DNA from: Alkalispirochaeta sp.
GTDB lineage: Bacteria; Spirochaetota; Spirochaetia; DSM-27196; Alkalispirochaetaceae
NCBI GenBank assembly: GCA_965242725.1
Contig: CBDESZ010000030.1
Location: 64,001 to 128,000, forward strand
Reading direction: 5' to 3'
DNA length: 64,000 nt
The notes below the pieces were generated by a model, which searched no databases, had not been told where the DNA came from, and was given only the letters and a program-made list of their open reading frames with translations. Of the stretch, positions 37,170-47,633 are shown piece by piece. The stretch's first letter is position 1. The number at the start of each line of letters is the position of its first letter. A program made the translations under genes and the position numbers.

Positions 37170-37898
37170 ATGACACCATACCATCCGGCACCTTCCGGAG
37201 ACGTACCGGTCATTGAGCTACAGGACGTTACCCGCCATTACCAGATGGGTCCTACCACGGTGAAAGCGGTCGACGGCGTCTCCTTTTCCGTCAGGCAGGG
37301 CGAGTTTGTCGCGGTCATCGGTCCCAGCGGATCGGGAAAGTCGACGCTTATGAATATCATCGGGTGTCTCGACTCGCCCACCTCGGGGAGCTACTTTCTC
37401 AACGGTGTCGACGTCTCCCGGATGAATCGGTCTCAACTCGCGGCGATACGCAACCGCTCCATCGGCTTCGTCTTTCAGACCTTCAACCTCCTGGGTCGGG
37501 AGACGGCGGTGGAAAACGTCGAGCTCCCCCTCATTTATGCCGGTATTTCACCGAGAGAACGAAAGGAGACGGCACTGCGCATGCTCGCTCGCGTTCAACT
37601 TGAAGACCGATCGGACCACGTCCCCAATCAGCTCTCGGGAGGCCAGCGACAGCGCGTGGCAATTGCCCGGGCGCTGGCGACACAGCCGGCGATCATCCTT
37701 GCCGACGAGCCGACAGGCGCCCTGGACAGCAAGACCGGGGTAGAAATCATGAACCTCTTTCACGAACTGAACGCGGAAGGGGTGACCCTCATCATGGTAA
37801 CCCACGACAACGACCTCGCAAGGCAGGCGCGGCGGGTCGTGCAAATACGGGACGGACGGGTCCTGCAGGACGTTGCCGCCGAAGAGTTTACGCCATGA
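37170..37898 (+). CDS. ABC transporter ATP-binding protein (MacB/LolD-like)
   Basis: [48 protein letters not shown]. Confidence 0.95.
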   Translation: MTPYHPAPSGDVPVIELQDVTRHYQMGPTTVKAVDGVSFSVRQGEFVAVIGPSGSGKSTLMNIIGCLDSPTSGSYFLNGVDVSRMNRSQLAAIRNRSIGFVFQTFNLLGRETAVENVELPLIYAGISPRERKETALRMLARVQLEDRSDHVPNQLSGGQRQRVAIARALATQPAIILADEPTGALDSKTGVEIMNLFHELNAEGVTLIMVTHDNDLARQARRVVQIRDGRVLQDVAAEEFTP

Positions 37899-39121
37899 AG
37901 TGGTTTGCCTTTCGGGAAAGCCTCATGATGAGCCTCAGAAGTATCGCGTCCAACAAGATCCGCTCCTTTCTTACCGCACTGGGAGTTATGATCGGTGTCG
38001 CCGCCGTCATCGCCCTGGTCGCCCTCGGAAACGGCGCGCAACGGTCGGTGGAAGCGAGTCTGGAATCCCTCGGGTCCAATCTGCTTCTCGTCTACTCCGG
38101 TGAACCCCGGGGCGGGAGCCTCGTGCGCCGCAATACCACGAGCATTCGGCCCACCCTGACCGAAGAGGATCTGGAACTTGTCCGCTCTTTTGGACCGAAC
38201 TATGTCACGGCGGCAACCCCGGAATCGACCGCCACGGGGCAGCTGAAATACGGGAATACCAACACCACCGCCACGGTAGTTGGTACGGGTGTGGAATACC
38301 CGGAGATTCGCAACTTCCACCCCGTCTACGGTGAGTTCCTGTCTGCCCTCGATGTGGAGACGCGGAAGACGAACGTCGTCATCGGGATGCAGGTCTACCG
38401 CGACCTCTTTCCGGACGGGACGGATCCGGTGGGTGAACGAATCCGCATTGACGGTATCAACTATCGTGTCGTCGGTATCATGGAGGAAAAGGGCAATTCC
38501 ACAGCGGATGCTTCCGTATTCATACCCATTACCACCTATCAGCGATACGTTTCAGGTGAACGAGCATACGCGGTGATTAACGTGCAGGCGGCGTCCACGG
38601 AGGTCATGCGTGATCTTCAAAAGGTGATTGAGGACGGTATTCTCCGCACCCATCGACTCCCCTCCATGGAGACTGCCGATTTCTACGTCGCCAACCAGCT
38701 GGATCTCCTGGATACGATGCAGGGCGTGACGGAAACGTTCACCGTTCTCCTGGCGAGCATTGCGGCGATCAGCCTCGTCGTCGGCGGAATCGGGATCATG
38801 AACATCATGCTCGTCTCCGTTACCGAGCGTACCAGGGAGATCGGTGTCCGCATGGCCCTTGGGGCGACGGGTTCCGATATTCTGCGGCAGTTTATCACCG
38901 AAGCGGTGATTATTTCCCTCATCGGAGGGATCGTCGGTATCGCCCTCGGCGTCGGTGCCGCCTGGGGGGCCGTCCGTTTCGGTGGTATGGCCGCCGAGGT
39001 ATCGGGTGGCTCGGTGGTACTCGCCTTCGGTTTCGCCTTTATGATCGGTCTGTTTTTTGGTGGCTATCCCGCCTATCGGGCATCCCGGCTGGATCCCATT
39101 GAGGCGCTGCGATATGAGTAA
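37895..39121 (+). CDS. ABC transporter permease (MacB-like)
   Basis: RSFLT.LG..IGV, GGIGIMNIMLVSVTERTREIG, PA.RA.RLDPIEALRYE. Confidence 0.95.
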   Translation: MKWFAFRESLMMSLRSIASNKIRSFLTALGVMIGVAAVIALVALGNGAQRSVEASLESLGSNLLLVYSGEPRGGSLVRRNTTSIRPTLTEEDLELVRSFGPNYVTAATPESTATGQLKYGNTNTTATVVGTGVEYPEIRNFHPVYGEFLSALDVETRKTNVVIGMQVYRDLFPDGTDPVGERIRIDGINYRVVGIMEEKGNSTADASVFIPITTYQRYVSGERAYAVINVQAASTEVMRDLQKVIEDGILRTHRLPSMETADFYVANQLDLLDTMQGVTETFTVLLASIAAISLVVGGIGIMNIMLVSVTERTREIGVRMALGATGSDILRQFITEAVIISLIGGIVGIALGVGAAWGAVRFGGMAAEVSGGSVVLAFGFAFMIGLFFGGYPAYRASRLDPIEALRYE

Positions 39122-39146
39122 AATTTCGATTCACATGGAGAGAACG

Positions 39147-39692
39147 ATGAAACACGTACACGTACAAACCAGACGCCGTCCCGTCGCGGCAGTCGTCATC
39201 CTGGCGATCGCCGTGGTTGGGATCACCGCGCTTTTTGCGCCGTCCCTGCTCTGGGGGCAGACGACGCCTGAGATGCAGCAGGCCCGGGAAGAGACGCAGG
39301 TCGTCTACGATCTTGGCCGCTTTTTCGGCTACGTTCACGGGATGGTCACCGAGAAGGCCAACCTCGCCCTGACGGCGGCGCAAAAACGGGAAATCAAGTT
39401 GGTCATGGATGAAATCCTCAGTATGACCAGAATCGAGCCGCGATGGGCGGCGGAGAAACTGGAACACCTGGAACTCGACGTCCTGACGCCGGCGCAGCTC
39501 ATGGAGGTGGACCGCCGGGCCATCGCGTGGCAGGAGAGTCGGGAAACGACGACGCCCGGTACAGGCGCGGGGGGCGGTACCGGAACCGGTCCGCTGAGCA
39601 CCTACGTCGCCGGCGGCGCATTCAATCCGATCATTGATGCCGGCCGGACGATCGGCCAGGGGTTTCACGGGCTCTATGATATGTTGAAGTAG
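39147..39692 (+). CDS. Secreted helical hypothetical protein, last gene of efflux operon
   Basis: SD GGAGAG, signal/TM, LTAAQ and VLTPAQ motifs, FNP near the C-terminus. Confidence 0.7.
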   Translation: MKHVHVQTRRRPVAAVVILAIAVVGITALFAPSLLWGQTTPEMQQAREETQVVYDLGRFFGYVHGMVTEKANLALTAAQKREIKLVMDEILSMTRIEPRWAAEKLEHLELDVLTPAQLMEVDRRAIAWQESRETTTPGTGAGGGTGTGPLSTYVAGGAFNPIIDAGRTIGQGFHGLYDMLK

Positions 39693-39783
39693 GGACATAC
39701 CGAAACAGATCCTGCCCCGCCGGTTGCCACAGCCGCGCCTGTCGCCACAGTACCACAGCGGCAGGCGGCGACACCGCCGCAAC

Positions 39784-39825
39784 TTGACGTAGGTCAATTC
39801 TGACGACTCCTGAATCCGGTACACT
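39784..39825 (+). promoter_or_regulatory. CRP/FNR-family (HcpR/Dnr-like) site with class II promoter of hcp
   Basis: Perfect palindrome TTGAC-GTAG-GTCAA (39784..39797); -10 TACACT at 39820..39825 puts the site near -41.5. Confidence 0.75.
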
Positions 39826-39859
39826 GCCCCGGTAAATTCAACGATTAACAGGAGTCACC

Positions 39860-41578
39860 ATGAGTATGTTTTGTTTTCAATGTCAGGAAGCGGCGGCCAA
39901 CGTCGGATGCACGGTGCGCGGGGTCTGCGGGAAGCAGGAGTCCACGGCAAACCTGCAGGACGTCCTCGTCTATTCCGCCCGCGGCCTCGCCCTTGCAGTG
40001 GACATGCTGCATCGGGCGGTAGAGATGAACGCCCGGGAGGACAACGGAGCCGGCGATGACCTCTACGGTGGAACAAGCCTCAGGGAAATTACCACAGAAA
40101 GCGGCAGAACGATCCTGCGGGCCCTCTTCACGACGGTCACCAACGTCAGTTTTGACGACAAGCGCATAGCCGGGGTGATCGGACAGGTATTGCGGCAGAA
40201 GGACCTCGTAGTCCGACAGCTCCAGGCGGTATGCAAACAGGACCACGAGCTTCCCCGCCCGGTGCAGTGGCACGCCGATGAAAAGGACCTCGCCGCGTTG
40301 TACGCCATGATTCCGGAAGCGACGGTCAAGGCGGACACCAATGAGGACACCCGGGCACTGCGGGAGCTGGCAACCTATGGCCTCAAGGGAATCGCCGCCT
40401 ACGGCGACCACGCCCTCATTCTGGGATATGAGGATTACGATCTGTACCGTGAGATTGCGCGCCTCCTGGGAGCCACTGTGGAACTGGAGGATGCGGATGC
40501 TCTTACCCAGCTTGTCATGGATACGGGAAAGGCGGCCATTCGGGTAATGGCACTCCTGGACAAAGCCAATACGGAAACATACGGTAATCCGGAAATCACC
40601 GAGGTCAACATCGGCGTCCGGAATAACCCGGCCATCCTCATCTCCGGTCACGACCTGAAGGATATGCAGGAGCTTCTGGAACAGACTGAAGGCACCGGCG
40701 TGGACGTCTACACCCACGGCGAAATGCTGCCCGCCAACTATTACCCCGCTTTCAAGAAGTACGACCACTTTGTGGGGAACTACGGCAACTCATGGTGGCT
40801 GCAGGACAAGGAATTTGCCGCCTTTAACGGCCCCATTCTCATGACCACCAACTGCATCACGCCCCCGAAGGATACCTACAAGGACCGAATCTTCACGACC
40901 GGACTTGTCGCCTTTCCCGGGGTCAAACACATCGCCGACCGGTCGGACAAGCCGGGCGCAGGGAAAGACTTTTCCGAAATCATCGACATGGCGAAAGGGT
41001 GCCCTTCCCCGACGGAACTGGAAACGGGCTCCATCGTCGGCGGATTTGCCCACGCCCAGGTGACGGCCCTGGCCGACAAGGTGGTTGAAGCGGTAAAGTC
41101 CGGGGCGATCAGGAAGTTTGTCGTCATGGGCGGGTGTGACGGTCGTCAGAAAGGCAGAAGCTATTTCACCGACATGGCCGAGGCACTCCCCCGGGATACG
41201 GTGATCCTCACCGCCGGGTGCGCCAAATTCCGGTACAACAAGCTCGATCTGGGCGATATCGGCGGCATTCCCCGCGTCCTGGACGCAGGCCAGTGCAACG
41301 ACAGCTACTCCCTGGCGATGATCGCCCTCAAGCTCAAGGAAGTCTTTGAACTGGAAGACATTAACGACCTGCCCATAGACTTCGACATCGCCTGGTACGA
41401 GCAGAAGGCGGTCACCGTCCTCCTGGCTCTGCTGGCGCTGGGATTCAAGGGCGTGCGCATCGGCCCCACCCTGCCCGCCTTTGTCAGTCCCGCGGTAGCC
41501 GACGTTCTGGTCAGGAACTTTGATCTGAAGGTTATTACGACGGTGGAAGAGGACCTGCAGGCGATAATGGGAGCGTAA
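39860..41578 (+). CDS. hcp: Hybrid cluster protein (hydroxylamine reductase)
   Basis: MFCFQCQE...[44 protein letters not shown]. Confidence 0.97.
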   Translation: MSMFCFQCQEAAANVGCTVRGVCGKQESTANLQDVLVYSARGLALAVDMLHRAVEMNAREDNGAGDDLYGGTSLREITTESGRTILRALFTTVTNVSFDDKRIAGVIGQVLRQKDLVVRQLQAVCKQDHELPRPVQWHADEKDLAALYAMIPEATVKADTNEDTRALRELATYGLKGIAAYGDHALILGYEDYDLYREIARLLGATVELEDADALTQLVMDTGKAAIRVMALLDKANTETYGNPEITEVNIGVRNNPAILISGHDLKDMQELLEQTEGTGVDVYTHGEMLPANYYPAFKKYDHFVGNYGNSWWLQDKEFAAFNGPILMTTNCITPPKDTYKDRIFTTGLVAFPGVKHIADRSDKPGAGKDFSEIIDMAKGCPSPTELETGSIVGGFAHAQVTALADKVVEAVKSGAIRKFVVMGGCDGRQKGRSYFTDMAEALPRDTVILTAGCAKFRYNKLDLGDIGGIPRVLDAGQCNDSYSLAMIALKLKEVFELEDINDLPIDFDIAWYEQKAVTVLLALLALGFKGVRIGPTLPAFVSPAVADVLVRNFDLKVITTVEEDLQAIMGA

Positions 41579-41602
41579 AGGGGAAGGCCGGGGGCGACGG
41601 AT

Positions 41603-41628
41603 CGGCAGGGCGGCGAAACGCCCTGCCG
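41603..41628. terminator. GC-rich hairpin between convergent genes
   Basis: CGGCAGGGCG-GCGAAA-CGCCCTGCCG; no clear U tract. Confidence 0.5.
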
Positions 41629-41677
41629 CCACCCGGTGTACCCCCTGTACCACCCGGTGAGCCGGTTTTCAACGGGC

Positions 41678-42655
41678 CTATTGCCAGCGTATCACACCCT
41701 TTACATATCCATTTTCTTTGGAAAGGCCGTCGGCGTACAACGCGGCGGCCTCTTCCGGTCCGCCCACATGGGTCACCAGCGGTGCAAGATCCACCCGACC
41801 CGACTCGATGAGGGGGACGCTCCGACGAAAACAATCGGCAAAATCGGGGGCTGCGGCGGGAGAGGTGTTGAGCACGGTAATTCCCCGGACGTGCCAATCG
41901 CCGAAATCAAAGGTCATGTCGTGATGGTGCCACGAAAAGATCCCCAGGGTACCGCCTGTACGCACCAGGGAGTTTGCCAGTCGAAATGCGGGCTCAACGG
42001 CGGCTGTCTCAAAGACGATGTCAAAACTCCCCATGAGCTCGTCGGGGACGGCGCCGTCGTTCAGATCGTAGACCTCCACCAGCCCGTCGGGGCCGACGGT
42101 GCGGGCAAACTCGAGGGATTCCTTTTTCAGATCAAAGACGGCAATACGGGACGCCGGACTCATTGCCAGAAGCTGCAACAGAATACTTCCCATGAATCCG
42201 CTGCCCACGAGGGCAACACGCATACCCGGACGAATCGGCGCCAGATCCACCGCGTTGACGCAGCACGCGACCGGCTCGATCATCCAGTGCTCGGCGGGCT
42301 TTCCGTCATCAGGCAGCGGAATGACTTCGTTTTCCCGCTGAATTGCGTACTCCGCCATATGTCCCGTTCCGAGGGCGCCGATATCCCGGCTCTCCCGGAG
42401 GGCGATACGGTCTCCCCGCTTGAATCGCGTGACCTGGGGGCCCGTCTTCTCCACGGTGCCCACTCCCTCGTGACCGAAGTAGAAGGGGTAGTCCTTGAAG
42501 GAACGGAATCCGCCGCTGTAAATGAAAAGATCCCACGTACATATTCCGCACGCGTCCACCTTCACAAGCAGCTCATACGGTCCCGGTTCGGGGATATCAA
42601 TCTCCCGGAGCTCCAGCTTCCGCTCCCCGACATACCAGAGGGTCTTTGACTTCAT
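41678..42655 (-). CDS. Zinc-binding (MDR) sugar/alcohol dehydrogenase
   Basis: CGICTWD, GHEGVG, EPVAC, GSGFMG; lacks the structural-zinc loop. Confidence 0.88.
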   Translation of the reverse strand: MKSKTLWYVGERKLELREIDIPEPGPYELLVKVDACGICTWDLFIYSGGFRSFKDYPFYFGHEGVGTVEKTGPQVTRFKRGDRIALRESRDIGALGTGHMAEYAIQRENEVIPLPDDGKPAEHWMIEPVACCVNAVDLAPIRPGMRVALVGSGFMGSILLQLLAMSPASRIAVFDLKKESLEFARTVGPDGLVEVYDLNDGAVPDELMGSFDIVFETAAVEPAFRLANSLVRTGGTLGIFSWHHHDMTFDFGDWHVRGITVLNTSPAAAPDFADCFRRSVPLIESGRVDLAPLVTHVGGPEEAAALYADGLSKENGYVKGVIRWQ

Positions 42656-42658
42656 GGA

Positions 42659-43591
42659 TTACTGCTCCCGCAATCGGTCGATGTAGACGGCGCCGATAAT
42701 GATCACACCCCGGGCAAGTTCCTGAAAGTAGGGAGAGATACCGAGGAGGTTCATACCGTTGTTGATGACGGCGATGAGAAGGGCGCCGACCAGTGATCCC
42801 CACACGCTTCCCCGTCCACCGCTGAGGCTCGTTCCTCCGATGACGACGGCGGCGATGACGGTCAGTTCATAGGTGAGTCCCGCAGTCGGACCGGCGGAGT
42901 TCAACCGGGACGTCAATATCAGGGCACTGATCGCCGCAGTGGCACCGGAAATGACGTAAACCATGGTCTTGTAAAAATTGCTCTTGATACCGGAAAGCTT
43001 GACCGTCTCCTCGTTGCCGCCGATGGCGTAGGTGTACCGACCGAGACGCGTCTGCGTCAGTACCAGCCAGGCGAGAAATACGACGAGGAGTAGCATGAAT
43101 ACCGGAAAGGGCAGACCCAGAATCGCGCCGCCGCCGATATACCGGAACGCGTCGGTAAATCCGCTGATGGGATATCCCTGACTGTAAATGAGGGTGACAC
43201 CCCGCGCGATACTCATCATACCGAGGGTGACGACAAAGGGCGTGATGCCCGCCCTGGTCACCAGCAGTCCGTTGATCAGGCCCGCAACGATACCGACGGC
43301 GAGACCGATGAGGATGGCGACAAACATGCTGCCCCCATTTTGCATCGACCCTGCCGCGATCATACCGGAAACGGCGAGGATGGAACCGACGGAAAGGTCG
43401 ATTCCCCCGGAGAGTATGACGAAGGTCACTCCCACCGCCATTATCCCGATGATGGAAGACTGCCGTACCACGTTGAGGAGGTTGGAGGGCGTAAGAAAGT
43501 GGGGAGTAAGAATCGTCAGTACAATACAGACCAGCACAAAGGCGATGATCATTCCATAGTTCTTGAGTATATGTGTCATTCGTTCCTTCAT
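42659..43591 (-). CDS. Sugar ABC transporter permease (RbsC-like)
   Basis: GGIDLSVGS, PFVVTLG, YAIGGNEE, IAAVVIGGTSLSGG.G. Confidence 0.93.
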   Translation of the reverse strand: MKERMTHILKNYGMIIAFVLVCIVLTILTPHFLTPSNLLNVVRQSSIIGIMAVGVTFVILSGGIDLSVGSILAVSGMIAAGSMQNGGSMFVAILIGLAVGIVAGLINGLLVTRAGITPFVVTLGMMSIARGVTLIYSQGYPISGFTDAFRYIGGGAILGLPFPVFMLLLVVFLAWLVLTQTRLGRYTYAIGGNEETVKLSGIKSNFYKTMVYVISGATAAISALILTSRLNSAGPTAGLTYELTVIAAVVIGGTSLSGGRGSVWGSLVGALLIAVINNGMNLLGISPYFQELARGVIIIGAVYIDRLREQ

Positions 43592-43610
43592 CGACTTGCT
43601 CCTGTTAAGG

Positions 43611-45107
43611 TTATGAGGCGTCCTGGGTCAGGCCGAAAGCCGCCCGCATAATCATCTCCTCCGTCGCCTGTCCGTGGAGAAATTCACCGGTAATCCTGCC
43701 GTTATGAACGACGATGATCCGGTCGCTTATATTCATGACTTCCGGGAGTTCTGAAGAGATCATAATGATTGCAGCCCCTTCCTTCGCGAGACGCTGCATC
43801 AGTTTGTAAATCTCAACTTTCGCGCCGACGTCGATACCCCGGGTGGGCTCGTCAAAAATGTAGATCTTCGCCTTGCGAATGAACCATTTTGACAACACGA
43901 CCTTCTGCTGATTTCCGCCGGAGAGGTTCTTTACCGTCTGACGCAACGACGGCGTTCGCACGCCGATGAGCTCAACGATCTCCCGGATCGCCTTGCCCAG
44001 TCTGGAATAGTTGATGCGCCCCAGTTTGCTGAAGCTGTTCAGAACAGGAAGCGCCACGTTATCAAAGACCGACTGGCCGAGAACGAGGCCCTGTTCCTTT
44101 CGCTCTTCAGGGATGAGGGCAATACCGTTTCGAACGGCGTCGGATGTACCGGTTATGCGCGCTTCCGTCTCTTCAAGGAACACCTTCCCGCCGTCTTTCT
44201 TCAGATATCCGAAAATAAGCTGGGCAATCTCGGTGCGTCCCGCTCCGACGAGGCCGGATATTCCGAGAATTTCCCCTTTCTGTACGGAGAAGGAGACGTC
44301 ATGACAGATACCCGTCTTTGTAAGACCTTCAACACGCAGGGCTTCACCGCCGGTCTCTATCTTCTCCTTGGGATACTGTTCATCAAGGTTCCGTCCCACC
44401 ATGTCGGTGATAATTCCGTCGATCGTCACCTCTTCAAGAGGCTTTGACGAGACTTTCCTGCCGTCACGCAGGACGGTGACGCGATTTGCCACCCGCCAGA
44501 TCTCCTCCAGCCGGTGAGAGATATAGACGAGCGATACTCCGTCACCCTGCAGTTTTTTAATGACCGCAAAGAGGCGGTCCACCTCATGCCCGGTCAACGC
44601 CGCCGTCGGCTCGTCCATGACAAGAATTTCCGCGTTGAGGGAAAGCGCTTTGACGATCTCCACAACCTGCTGATACGCCGGGCCGATGGAGGATACCCGG
44701 GTAAACGGTTTAAGGGGAACATCAAAGGGCTCTATCAGGTCGGTAAAATTCCGGGCCATCGTTTTCCAGTCGATCAACCCCGAGGGTAACAGAGGCTCCC
44801 TTCCAAGAAAGACGTTTTCTGCAAGCGTCAAATGGGGAATAAGGTTCAGTTCCTGATAAATGACGGCAACTCCCGCCTCGATCATCGAACGCGTCCCCGT
44901 CGGCTCAACAACATCACCCTTGAGTCGAATGATTCCCGAGTCGGCCCGGTGCACCCCCGCGAGAATTTTCATAAGCGTCGATTTCCCGGCGCCGTTCTCG
45001 CCGACGAGGGCGTGAACATCACCTTTCTCAAGATCGAAATCGACTTCTTCAAGGGCCTTTACTCCAGGAAAGGACTTTGTTATCCCTTCCATACTCAATA
45101 ACGGCAC
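43611..45107 (-). CDS. Sugar ABC transporter ATP-binding protein (RbsA-like, two NBDs)
   Basis: GENGAGKSTL, MDEPTAAL, LSGGNQQK, DEPTRGIDVGAK. Confidence 0.95.
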   Translation of the reverse strand: MPLLSMEGITKSFPGVKALEEVDFDLEKGDVHALVGENGAGKSTLMKILAGVHRADSGIIRLKGDVVEPTGTRSMIEAGVAVIYQELNLIPHLTLAENVFLGREPLLPSGLIDWKTMARNFTDLIEPFDVPLKPFTRVSSIGPAYQQVVEIVKALSLNAEILVMDEPTAALTGHEVDRLFAVIKKLQGDGVSLVYISHRLEEIWRVANRVTVLRDGRKVSSKPLEEVTIDGIITDMVGRNLDEQYPKEKIETGGEALRVEGLTKTGICHDVSFSVQKGEILGISGLVGAGRTEIAQLIFGYLKKDGGKVFLEETEARITGTSDAVRNGIALIPEERKEQGLVLGQSVFDNVALPVLNSFSKLGRINYSRLGKAIREIVELIGVRTPSLRQTVKNLSGGNQQKVVLSKWFIRKAKIYIFDEPTRGIDVGAKVEIYKLMQRLAKEGAAIIMISSELPEVMNISDRIIVVHNGRITGEFLHGQATEEMIMRAAFGLTQDAS

Positions 45108-45295
45108 TCATACCTCCTTATACGAAAACAGACGGCGTCGGCCGAATATTCTCGATTATTTCGGGTGCCGCAAGGCGGCATGCGAAACAAAACGGGAACG
45201 GCCGACACACGGTCGGCCGCCGGCGTAAGGAGGCGCCGCACGGCCGGTCGCGAGGGACCGGCGTGCATGCGCCGCCTTCACATTCGCCGATTCGA

Positions 45296-46222
45296 TTACC
45301 GGCTCGTTACCGGCTCGGGACTGATGTAAATGACATCGTTTTCCGGGTCGGTTCCGTTGTTGATCTTCTCTACCAGATAGCGTAATGCCTGTCCCGCCTG
45401 CTGGCCAGGAAACTGGTCGATCGTCGCGTCAAGAAGGCCTTCTTCGATATAGGAAAAGGCGTCCGGTGTTGCGTCAAATCCGACGGTTACCTTGCTCGCT
45501 GCGTCGATCCCGCTTCCGCGCATCGCTTCGATCGCACCGATGATCATCTCGTCGTTTGCACCGAAAACCGCGTCAAAATCGGGATTCGCCTGAATGAGGT
45601 TTTCCATGACCGTTTGCGCCTGGGCGCGGTTGAAGTCTGCGGGCTGGCTTGCGATGACTTCCACATCGGACTGGCTCATCACTTCGTTGAATCCCTGTGA
45701 GCGGTCGATAGCCGCAGAGGCGCCGGGAGTTCCTTCGAGTTCGATGACCCGTCCTGAGCCGCCGAGCTGTTCGATGATATAACGCGCTGCGGCACGGCCG
45801 CCCTCGACGTTGTCCGCACCGACGTGTACGAGAATCCTGTCAGTATTGGCTTTGCGGTCGACGGAAGCAACGGGAATGCCCGCTTCAACGGCGCGCTCCA
45901 TCACGGGGACCTGAGAGTCTACGGTGATGGGTGAGATCAGGATGGCGTCCACGCCCCGGGAGATGAAACTCTCGATGTCGGCAGTCTGCTTTGCCGAGTC
46001 ATTTTGACCGTCCGCAAAGACGATACGGGCACCGAGTTCCGCGGCAGCTTCTTCCGCCTGATCACGCATGGTGACGAAGAACGGAAACTGCAGGCCCGGT
46101 ACGGACATGCCGATCACAATTTCGCCGTCGTCGGCTTGTTCGCCGCGACCCGCTGCAAATGCTCCGAGGGGAGCCAACATTGCCAATACAATAGTGAGTA
46201 GAAGGATTTTCTTCATATTCAT
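45296..46222 (-). CDS. Sugar ABC transporter substrate-binding protein (RbsB-like)
   Basis: Signal peptide, PFF, DNVEGG, DRSQGF, NDEM..G, GFD, TIDQ.P. Confidence 0.93.
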   Translation of the reverse strand: MNMKKILLLTIVLAMLAPLGAFAAGRGEQADDGEIVIGMSVPGLQFPFFVTMRDQAEEAAAELGARIVFADGQNDSAKQTADIESFISRGVDAILISPITVDSQVPVMERAVEAGIPVASVDRKANTDRILVHVGADNVEGGRAAARYIIEQLGGSGRVIELEGTPGASAAIDRSQGFNEVMSQSDVEVIASQPADFNRAQAQTVMENLIQANPDFDAVFGANDEMIIGAIEAMRGSGIDAASKVTVGFDATPDAFSYIEEGLLDATIDQFPGQQAGQALRYLVEKINNGTDPENDVIYISPEPVTSR

Positions 46223-46334
46223 CTCCTTTTTTGATCTGAAAAATAGTACCTACAACCGTTACACGTTGCGATGACGCGTCAATTCAACACATCACCTATG
46301 TTTCTCTGCACTCTCCGTTCCGGCATCACCTCCT

Positions 46335-47537
46335 TTACGCCTTTGGTCCGAAGTGTTTCAGGATAACCAGATTTTCATATTCGCTCTTGTTTGTTATGAC
46401 GACGCCCTTTCCTGCGGCGTCTGCAGTGACGAAGAACTCGTCTTCCGTCATTTCACCAAATCGAATCATCGACGGCGAGTTGGTGGTGAGTGGTCCGAAC
46501 GAGCCGTACCCCTGTATGACGATCGCGCCGTAGGCGGCGTCATCGACTATTTTTACGGACCGCCCGGGCAGCACCGTCAACTCCTTGGCGCTGAAGTATT
46601 CGCTCTTGTAGGTGATCCACATCTCTTCATAGCCGGCCTCACGCATCTCCTCGATGTCCGACACCGGCTTGGGCGGGCTGAAACGGTTCTGGTAGAGATC
46701 GGGATCTACATTGAGGTCCCACTCGATGAGACTCATGATGAAATCGAGATCGTGCTTCTTGTCCTGGGGGACGTTTTTGACAAGCAGCTCCCAGGGTGTG
46801 TAGGAATCCCACACGATGGACTGGAACATCGCAAATACGTCGGACGCGCGCTGCGGTTCATAGGTCAGGAATGAACCGGGTGCGTGCAGGAGCCCCGGCG
46901 GAACGTCCCAGCCCGTTCCGGGAACGAGCTTGTATGCCCGTGAAAGATCAAGAATTCCGTTGTCACCGGTGTGCCAGTTTTCAAGGGTCTTCCTCACCTG
47001 GTCGGGAGTGACGCCGGGATTGAATCCAAAGAATGTATAGGGGAAATATCCCCGCTTGTTGTTCAGCTGCTTCGGGAAGTAATAGGCTTCCGGTTTTCCC
47101 CGCATTCCGACAAGGGCCGCTTTTTCATCGGTCTGATGCAGGTGATGCGGCAGTGGCTCGAGGTTGTCAAAAAATTTGCTGTACATCGTCCATCCGCCGT
47201 GCGCGGACATGACATCCTGACCGAGTATTTCATCTCCGATCTCGTCAATCACTTCCTTGAGGAGGACTTTGTTCCCGTCCCCTTCCGAACCGGTGACGAC
47301 ATAGCTTAACCCCTCGTCTTCAAGGGTCTCCGGACCGTTGTCGGCGCGGGTCGTCGATGCGAACCACCGCTCGTCTATGCCACCGCGATGGGCGCCGAAT
47401 GCATAGTAGTCATCGGGGTGCAATTTCAGACGCTTCCCGGGGATGCAAAAGGAGCGGGGCACCCACGTCGGTGCCAGACGGACAACACCTTCGCCCCGTT
47501 TCAGCGATTCCCTGACGCGTTCAATCTTGTTGGCCAT
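46335..47537 (-). CDS. Uncharacterised cupin / phosphomannose-isomerase-like protein (paralog A)
   Basis: KFFD..PHHLH..GKPEAYYF..LHAPG..YEPQ metal-binding motif set. Confidence 0.8.
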   Translation of the reverse strand: MANKIERVRESLKRGEGVVRLAPTWVPRSFCIPGKRLKLHPDDYYAFGAHRGGIDERWFASTTRADNGPETLEDEGLSYVVTGSEGDGNKVLLKEVIDEIGDEILGQDVMSAHGGWTMYSKFFDNLEPLPHHLHQTDEKAALVGMRGKPEAYYFPKQLNNKRGYFPYTFFGFNPGVTPDQVRKTLENWHTGDNGILDLSRAYKLVPGTGWDVPPGLLHAPGSFLTYEPQRASDVFAMFQSIVWDSYTPWELLVKNVPQDKKHDLDFIMSLIEWDLNVDPDLYQNRFSPPKPVSDIEEMREAGYEEMWITYKSEYFSAKELTVLPGRSVKIVDDAAYGAIVIQGYGSFGPLTTNSPSMIRFGEMTEDEFFVTADAAGKGVVITNKSEYENLVILKHFGPKA

Positions 47538-47572
47538 GATTCTCTCCCCTCAACCTGTCGTCGAAACTGTTT

Positions 47573-47588
47573 GTGAAAACGATACCAC
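47573..47588. promoter_or_regulatory. LacI-type operator candidate
   Basis: GTGAAAACGATACCAC upstream of the cupin A-ABC operon. Confidence 0.55.
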
Positions 47589-47633
47589 GACCCAAAATGG
47601 CTGTCAAATTTTTTCTCCCTATCTTTTTCGCGT

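Noticed and set aside
42659..46222. Naming the ABC transporter rbsABC
   Set aside because: The family is clear, but there is no adjacent ribokinase and the neighbouring enzymes suggest another sugar.
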